Shown here piece by piece: positions 22,078 to 29,236 of a stretch of DNA of 29,236 nt. The translations under genes were made by a program, and so were the position numbers. The stretch lies in assembly GCF_000143415.4 (NCBI RefSeq), contig NW_003314368.1, positions 545,117 to 574,352 of the forward strand. The letters run 5' to 3'. Within the stretch, counting starts at the first letter, position 1, and every line of letters starts with the position of its first letter. A model generated the notes under the pieces. That model saw nothing but the letters and a program-made list of their open reading frames with translations, was not told the origin of the DNA and did no database searches. The DNA comes from Selaginella moellendorffii. Lineage: Eukaryota; Plantae; Lycopodiophyta.

Positions 22078-22669
22078 TGGCATGTGGCCCTTTGCACTAG
22101 TATATCTTAATACTGGTCTGAGAAATAGAATGGCATGTGCCCTCAGGCCTTTTACTAAATCACCTTTGAAAGAAATGCAAGCCTCTATGTCGTAAAAAAA
22201 AGGTACTAGAGAAATTCCTTAATAATATGAATGTTATTTAGTTTCATGAAAATACACTAAGGGTCAAATGAGTTAAATGACTTCTCCAGACTAGCAATGC
22301 CTCTTGCTACACCTTCACAATTAGATTCGTTAGAAAAAGATAACATTGAATAATATCTAAATGTTCTCACCATTAAGTTATATGTCTGGCTAATAGGAAT
22401 GACATTCATCTTGGAAAGCTCACCACACGCTCAATGAACAAACAAATAGTGTGTGCGCGCATGCCATCGCTCTTCTTTAGCTTCAGATTCGGCTTGTTCA
22501 CCTTGACAATGAGATTTATTATACAACCAGATGGACTCAGTCTGGACACAAAGTCACCGCGCTAGTCACCATGCCCCAGATATGTCTAGCCCCTAGACAA
22601 AAAACATATAATTTCACGTCATTTTCAAATACTTGAAAATTTGTACCTAGTCCCATTTTACTGAATAAA

Positions 22670-22693
22670 TCCCACTTTAACGAAATAGAGCTT
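22670..22693 (-). repeat. Right TIR (TSD TATA at 22694-22697)
   Basis: tcccactttaacgaaatagagctt. Confidence 0.92.
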
Positions 22694-22697
22694 TATA

Positions 22698-23280
22698 ACC
22701 TTATGCAAGCCTTGTAAGTACTCTCCCCACCTTCCACCTTTAGGTCCTTAGCTATGTGGCTAGAGTGAAGTTTCAATGAGCCATGCAAAGTATCCAAGTA
22801 GGTAATGCCACCCACACTTGGATTGAGAGCATTGACCATTCGATCTTCTACGGGAGCTAGAGCAAGCTTTTGAACACTTCACCAAAATACCTTATTTATC
22901 CATCTTTATTAACTCTAACCTTGAACTCTTTAGTGGTTATATTATCACCCACTATATGAGTATAGCATTCCTTGGTCACACTGGCCTTTCTTGGCCAAAC
23001 TGGCTCTACTGGAGTCTTCCCCTTACTATACTTTTGGAGCTCACCAAGGTTTGGGAGACAATCGCTTTAGGCTTTCACCCTCGGACTTGGACTTGGATTT
23101 GGACTTAGACTTGGACTTAGTCTTGGACTTGGTCTCAAACTCGGTCTTAGACTTAGTCTTGGAGTCGGTCTCAAAGTTGATCTTGGACTTAAATTTGGTC
23201 TCAGTCTCAATCTTAGTCTCGATTTCAATCTCTTTCTCAGTCTCGGTCTCTTTCTCAACCTTGACCTCAAACTCCATCTC
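22698..23280 (-). mobile_element. Old LTR, upstream half (continuation of 9690-10277), 5'-truncated in the hexamer array
   Basis: Reverse complement of ~23480-24073 (e.g. ctatacttttggagctcacca vs tggtgagctccaaaagtatag). Confidence 0.87.
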
Positions 23281-23675
23281 AAGTAGTCCGAGATGGACCG
23301 AGATGGAGTCCGAGATGGAGTCCCAAATGGACCCGAGATGGAGTCTGAGATGGAGTTCGAAATGGACCCGAGATGGAGTCTGAGATGGACCGAGATAGTG
23401 TCCGAAATGGAGTCTGAGATGGACCCAGATGGAGTCCGAGATGGAGCTTGAGATGGACCCAAAATGGAGTCTGAGAAGGACCCGAGATGGAGTTCGAAGT
23501 CGAGACCAAGACCGGGACCGAGACCGAGACCGGGACCGAGACTGAGACCAGGACCGAGACTAAGACCGAGGCCAAGGCCGAGACCGAGCCCAAGCACGAG
23601 TCTGAGTCCGAGTCCAAGTCTGAGTCCGAGTTCGAGTCCGAGTCCGAGTCCGAGTTCGAGTTCGAGTTCAAGTCT
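23080..23675. repeat. Two opposed degenerate hexamer arrays (GAGTCC/GAGACC/GAGATG), switching strand at ~23281-23287
   Basis: GACTTG/GTCTCA units on the left; GAGTCC/GAGACC units on the right. Confidence 0.9.
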
Positions 23676-24675
23676 GAGAGGGTGAAAGCCCAAAGCATTC
23701 GTCTCCCAGACTCTAAGGGGTTTGGTGAGCTCCAAAAGTATAGTATGGGGAGGACTCTAGTGGAGCCAGTTTGGCCAATAAAAGGCCAATTTGGCCCAAG
23801 AAAGTTGTGCTCAGGTGTTGGGTGATGGGATAACCACTGGGAGGTCCAAGGCTAGAGTGAATACAGACTATCAAGCGGGGTACCTTGGTGAAGTGTTCAA
23901 GAGCTGGCTCTAGTTCCCCCGGGAGATCGAATGGTCGATGCTCCCAGCCCAAGTGTGGGTGGCACTACCTACTTGGATACCTGGCGTGGCTCAACGGAAC
24001 CTCGCTCTAAGCCCATGGCTAGAGCACCAAAAGGCAAAAGGTGGGGAGAGTACCCATGAAGTTTGCGTAAGGCCACGGTGTTCTGAAATGTTGTCCCAAA
24101 GTCCCAAACTATGGAAAGGAAGAGGAATGGTCCTCTAGTGTAGTGACTAATGATACGGTCATGTGGTGAGGAAGTCCCAGAGGACAGTGGGACTTAGTGG
24201 TCGGGCATAAAGGCCCAGTCCCAATGGCAGTGTTGGCGAACACGGGCATGGGCAGAAATGGGACTTAGTGGGGACTGTAAAAGGGATATTGGGGAAAGTT
24301 GTTCCCCATGTCTGCGGGCATCTTAAGGATGCTAAGGAGTGGATTTTGGATGGTCACTCTTGGACGGATGGCCTAGTCCTTGAGAGACGGGACTGTGATG
24401 TAGGTGGTGTTGAACCACCGGTGTGACTAAGGTGAAGGGGCATAGCCTTAGCGTAACGGGCTAGTATGTTGGTGGTACCTTGGGTGTCGGTCTTGAGACT
24501 GGGCACGTGGAACACTTAAACTAAGTGCAAGGGATGAGTGGCATGGATGCCATTCTCGGGGCTAGCAAATCCCAAGTCCTGAATTAGACTTAAGGAGGTT
24601 GTGAATGAGACTCCTCCAAGTGGTCAGAGGTGTGGTTAAGTGACTAAAGTAGAATGGAAAAATTAGTCGATTACA
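23287..24675 (+). repeat. 5' LTR (5' end missing)
   Basis: Homologous to the split minus-strand LTR; terminal CA lies immediately before the PBS. Confidence 0.85.
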
Positions 24676-24678
24676 ATT

Positions 24679-24690
24679 TGGTATCGGAGC
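24679..24690 (+). other. Primer-binding site, tRNA-iMet type (TGGTATCGGAGC)
   Basis: 11/12 match to the canonical TGGTATCAGAGC, 3 nt after the LTR end. Confidence 0.85.
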
Positions 24691-27600
24691 TATTCCTTAG
24701 TCCAACTTTTATTGGTGCTCAAGTATATCACCACTGGTGTTGGCATTGGAAAGTCCTAGAAGTGGGCCTATTTGTGAGGAGTAGCAAGTCAGGAAGACAT
24801 GGCTCTCCACTATAGTTTATGTGTGAACTAGTAGGTGAGGTGGTGGATACAAAAGGGCCAATAATGGAACGACTTCGGGATCTTGGGAATAATATAAGGT
24901 TTTCCTCAAAGAGTTGAGGATGTGATCCAAATGAATGTTTGACTTAGCAAACTGACTAATGTAGTTGTGGTAAACAACTATAGTTGGGATCACGGGAAAA
25001 ATAAAGACTCCAAAACCATAAAGGAGTCACAAGATTATCCTCATATAGTTGAGGTTGGTGCTCACGAATTTGAGACTAAAATTAATGACCGTGGAAGGTC
25101 AAATATGGAAGAGGACACAAGTCTTTGAAATGGTAGCCGAAGCTACCTTGATAAATGCTAGAACAACCCAAAGAATTAGAGGTGTACTTAGAGGATGAGT
25201 TGGTATTCTCATCACATGGATAAGTAGTCCAAAAGGGCAAAAGTTGCCCCAAGGAACAACATCAAGTGTTGGAGTGACACTTGCAAAGATGGTCCTTACG
25301 AGTAGGATATGAATACAAAAAGTTGTATTCCAGTGAGCTGGCACCTCAAATAGGACCTTATGGGTCATTGGATTTTAAAGTCCAAAAATGCTAAATGACT
25401 CAAGTAGAGTTAAGGAATGGTCCTAAGGGATTGCTAAAAGCATTTGGACTAAGGTGTGTTATGCCCCACAAAGGTTGGGGAGGATTATAGGATCCAAGTA
25501 TGAGAATAGTGAGTATCTCATCAATGGCGGAATGGGCCATACTAAAGTTGTGGGGAAGGTGTTCCCAGAAGAAAACAACTTTGACACAAAGTTGTGAGTA
25601 AACTCTATGGTGCAATACTAACGGATAGTTGGCATGAGAAAGAACTGCATTGGTCTTGGCAAGGACTTAGACACAAGTAAAAAGTGTCATAAAGGTAAGC
25701 TTGTGGAGTCGATGGTGTGGAGACACCAAATGTGCCAAGGCATGATGCCTTAATGTGAGTTGGTGGGTTCACGAGAACCCTTCCCAAAGGAATCCTAATG
25801 GAAATGGGAATGGCATAGCCTAAGCTGGAAGGCATGCAGTTGGAGTGTGGTGACCCAGATAATGATGGAGGTGTGGAAGCACCAGCAATGAGTTGTAGGA
25901 CTTGACAACTATGAAGCAACTAAGCAAAAGGTGCAAAATAATTGGTTAAATTGGTAGTAGGTAGCTACCCAAGACTTTTTAATGGCATAAGGAAGTTAAA
26001 TATACTCTTATGGGGGGATAAATTGCTTATGTACTGATATAATAAGTCAATATCATAAAAGGGAATGCTCATTAGCAAAGATGCCATCATTGGGATAACC
26101 AAACACTCTAGAACACCAAGAGGTGTTGTTTAATGTCGCAAGGGCAATAAATAAGGCCCAAGGGACTAAGTCCTTAGCAAATGATGGATAGAAGGTGCTA
26201 TCCAAACATCCAAGGTTGTGAAAACGGAAGAAGTCCATCTACCCGAATTAGACAAAGCAAAAAAATGGAATTTTGGCAAGGCTAGTGATGGGCATATAAA
26301 GACCCATATGTAGCAACATTAATCCTGGTGTGAGGGATTATAAGGCGAGCATACCCCGATTGAGGAACCACTTCCTAGGCTATTGGGTAGGTTCATCCCC
26401 AAGAATACTTGCTAAAGCATGGTAGAAAGTGCAAGGCCATTCTCTTAGTTTGGAGGTGAATAACCGAAGGAAATGTGTGAGGCCAAAAGCAAGTAGTAAG
26501 GGGATAGAACCAAACCATAGGAATCGAAGAGTATAACCAAGGGTGGTTATGTCAGTTGGGAGTGGAGAATCAAATGGGCGCTCGAGCATGTTGTTATTAG
26601 TAACTGTGGTGCCATGAAGAGTCTAAAGCATGGAATTGTCCATGCTAGACCATATGGCAATTAGAAAGCTTGTGAAAGGAGAGGCCTTAGCAAGCTAAGG
26701 GACAAAGTTCCTTCAAGGTTCCCAAAGACAATTCTAGGTAGTGTAGTACCTAGGAAGCCAAGTGTAAATAGTTCATAAAACGCGTGAAATCAGAGTGGCA
26801 CAACAAAAGCGTGGTCTTGAAGCTTGCTATAAGGCAATGCTAACAAAGTTGGGGAATTAGTTCCCGAGTGTTCAAATAGATGACTTTGAACGGAAGTTGA
26901 TGGTCAAGGACTTTCACACTTATGCATGAAACCATGTTACATTGGTTGGATGATTTGCTAAGCAAGAGTGGCAAGTCAGGGGAATGAATCCCCTAGTTGA
27001 AGGTGCTAATTTCAAAAGGGGTGGCCCATGGGGCCAAGCATGGAGGAGTCCATGCATGATTATAGACTTGTCAAGTGAGAAGACTTGGCAATTTAGAGGG
27101 ACTAGGTTCCTAAGCTATGATCCGTAGCGCACTTTGGATATAAATTGGTGCACTGGCATGGGGAGTCACGCCAGGCATCTAGGGTGATGCCATCCGTAGA
27201 TGCATATACGGAGGGTGGGTTCGAGTCCCAACCCTCTAGTGCTTGGGTTCGAGTCCCAAATCACTAGGGCAAGGTGATGGTTTGGAATATAAGGACACTC
27301 ATATTTCGGTGGTCATGGATTCTCAATGAGGAGATTGGCTTGGGCACACCGCCAAGCGGGGGATGCCCCAGAGTCATGATGCATGATTAAATTGCTTAGA
27401 GTGAAAGCTCAGCATATCTAACTTGAATACTTTGGTGCAAAAGGCACCAAGGACGTGGTGAATGAGATGGGGACACCTAATATTAGTTGTTATAAATCCT
27501 TGGCCAGAAGGGTTGGCTTGGGTGCACCACCAAGCGTGGGGGATGCCCCCGGGGTCATAGTCAACAATTTAAAAGGGTCTGGAAGACTTAATTCCTATTG

Positions 27601-28716
27601 GTAGACCTATTAAGGGGTCAAAATGAGATCATTAGGTGATCTTATAGCTAAACAAGGACAAAGTCGTTGTTTAGGTTAAGGAATATGATTCCTAGTTCAA
27701 AGTGTTGAGTTGAATTATTGAGAATGGTGTGGCTTAATCAAGGTGACCAAATGGGAAGGACACCTAAAGGGAAATCAGTCGTACTAAAACGATGGTATAG
27801 TAAGTCTAAGAAAGTAGTCTCTAGGAGAGACCCATAGGAGGGTCACAAAGTTTGGCCGTCTGTAGCAAAAAATGCTAAAGAGACCTACTAGGGGTGAGCA
27901 CCCTCTAGACTTAACAAAGTAAAGCCTTTGCCATAGAACCAAAAGGATACCTCAAGAATGGAGGTAGTGACCTTATATTGCTCAATGCAACAATTAATGG
28001 ATAAAAGCAAAAGATTAGTGGCCAAGTGTGGGCCAAAGAGTTCATTGAAAGGAATCCAAATGACAAAGTTAGGCATAGAACATTAAGGTGTTAGATGCCA
28101 ACGGATTGTGAGAAAGGAAGTATGCTTCCAGGGATGGATTCTCAAATGCTCCAAATTGGCAAAGGTGAAAACTCCAAGAAAGGGAGCGGCAAAGTAACCA
28201 AATGATAGGGGCGTGGACAACTTTAGCACAACTTATGATAACTGGAACTTAGTGCCAAATGTGGCACAAAATAAAAAGGAGGATGATGGTGCCCTTAAGT
28301 GGAGAACTTCCTAACATGGGGAAGTGAAGTTGCACAATATATGCAATGAAAGGTGTCAGAAACACCAAGGAAATTGACTTCAGGAAGTCAAAATTAAAAG
28401 TTCCAAAGTGAACTGGTTATGTCAATAGAAGTTGAGACTACTCAAGAATGAGTAGTGGGATTGAGCTAGAGAACGTGTTTCTAATGGGTTTAGCGAGAGC
28501 TAAACCAATAAAAGGGAGAGAACCACTTGAGGTGGTCAAATGAGTCTCTATGTTGGAGACACTATGCTCCTTAGAGGTTGGACAAGGCATGGTGAGCCTT
28601 TGGTGTCAAACCATTGATGAATATTGGTTAGGCGCCAAGGATGGAAAAGGTAATATATGCTAGTGTTACTTTATAAAATGGTTTATCGTTCGATGAGGAC
28701 ATCGAACTTTGTCTAT

Positions 28717-28728
28717 GGGTGGTGGAGT
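28717..28728 (+). other. Putative polypurine tract
   Basis: gggtggtggagt directly before TGTGAG, in a gypsy-like ttcga..gac..gaacttt context. Confidence 0.5.
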
Positions 28729-29154
28729 TGTGAGACACAAATCCCTAAGCCCCAAAGTGGAGCCAAAAAGGTGCCATGTGGTAGTGGCTGAAGCGAAAGC
28801 CAAACGAGCGTAATACGTTTGGACTAAAAGGCTCCAACTTGAAAGGTCAAGAGCAGGAGTGGAACTCCCAATGGAGTACTTGTAAGGAACCAACTCGCCG
28901 AGGTGTCGTAGGCTAAAGGAACCCCAAAAGCATGACCAAAATGACAAAGAGTTCATCGGATGGGACCAAGTCGAAGATCGAGTCCAAAACCGACTCTAGG
29001 ACCGAGTTCGAGATAGAGTCCGGAATCAAGTCCGAGACCGACTCGGGACCGAGTTCGAGTCCGAGTTCGAGACCGAGTTCGAGATGGAGTCCGAGATCCA
29101 AAATCGGGTCCGAGACACGAGTCCGAGGTCAAGTCCGAGGTCGCGTCCGAGGGT
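28729..29154 (+). repeat. Start of putative 3' LTR with hexamer array (~28960-29150), truncated
   Basis: Same GAGTCC/GAGACC array. It ends in ccgagggt like the other copies, then diverges. Confidence 0.6.
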
Positions 29155-29196
29155 ACCAGGCATAGATATGCTGACAAAACCCCGGACCTCCCTCTC

Positions 29197-29200
29197 TTTT

Positions 29201-29231
<31 letters not shown>

Positions 29232-29233
29232 TT
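29197..29233. repeat. T-rich tract
   Basis: T runs interrupted by single C. Confidence 0.9.
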
Positions 29234-29236
29234 CCT

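Larger units (their letters stand above)
10668..22151. repeat. Dispersed 22-bp palindrome family ATGGCRTG-NGGCCN-CAYGCCAT (~20 copies)
   Basis: Copies start at 10668, 11745, 11820, 13037, 13228, 13369, 14868, 16145, 16205, 16282, 17049, 17128, 17991, 18678, 18776, 18846, 20683 and 20740. Degenerate copies lie near 17308 and at 18063, 22077 and 22130. Confidence 0.93.
10282..22693. mobile_element. 12.4-kb cut-and-paste DNA transposon, Sola-like, with two divergent genes
   Basis: 24-bp TIRs (23/24 match) and TATA on both sides. It splits an LTR whose halves rejoin exactly against the intact copy, and it encodes a DDD-type transposase. Confidence 0.9.
23287..29154 (+). mobile_element. Degenerate Ty3/gypsy-like LTR retrotransposon (5'-truncated 5' LTR, PBS, decayed internal region, start of 3' LTR)
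   Basis: The LTR ends ...GATTACA at 24675, followed by a PBS. About 4 kb of purine-rich, CpG-poor internal sequence has no long ORF and only faint RT-then-RNase H remnants. A PPT-like tract precedes TG at 28729, after which the LTR hexamer array recurs. Confidence 0.7.

Noticed and set aside
10668-22151. Palindromes as a CRISPR array
   Set aside because: Spacing ranges from tens to thousands of bp, there are no cas genes, and the context is intron-containing eukaryotic DNA.
22991-23825. ORFs with DL/KS/GL/ES dipeptide runs (also 28913-29177)
   Set aside because: Artefacts of hexamer arrays that are open in several frames.
27150-27270. Complete tRNA gene
   Set aside because: Only T-arm-like hairpins; I could not build an A-box, D-arm or anticodon arm.
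28580-28690. Chromodomain remnant at the end of pol
   Set aside because: Too decayed to support by eye.

Overview
Eukaryotic plant nuclear DNA. The roughly 45-65 bp introns, genes packed a few bp apart and short-motif PLS PPR genes suggest a Selaginella-like lycophyte (inference). Bases 1-7118 are a dense gene block: two head-to-head PPR genes, an RNase H1 with two complete catalytic domains, a germin-like protein and phosphopantetheine adenylyltransferase. An AT-rich spacer follows, then nested mobile DNA. A 12.4-kb DNA transposon (10282-22693; 24-bp TIRs, TATA target duplication, Sola-like DDD transposase) has split an old minus-strand LTR. That LTR abuts head-to-head a degenerate Ty3/gypsy-like element of the same LTR family. 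The main find is inside the DNA transposon. Hand splicing joins several separate ORFs into one 10-exon gene of about 1620 codons with ParB-like, DNA-methyltransferase-like and FCP1/NIF phosphatase-like domains. About 20 copies of a 22-bp palindrome (ATGGCRTG-NGGCCN-CAYGCCAT) are confined to the element and concentrated in introns and at gene ends. This suggests a self-recognising ParB/parS-like or VANC-like anti-silencing system (hypothesis). Both element genes carry premature stops in this copy. All domain calls come from motif recognition by eye; no searches were run.
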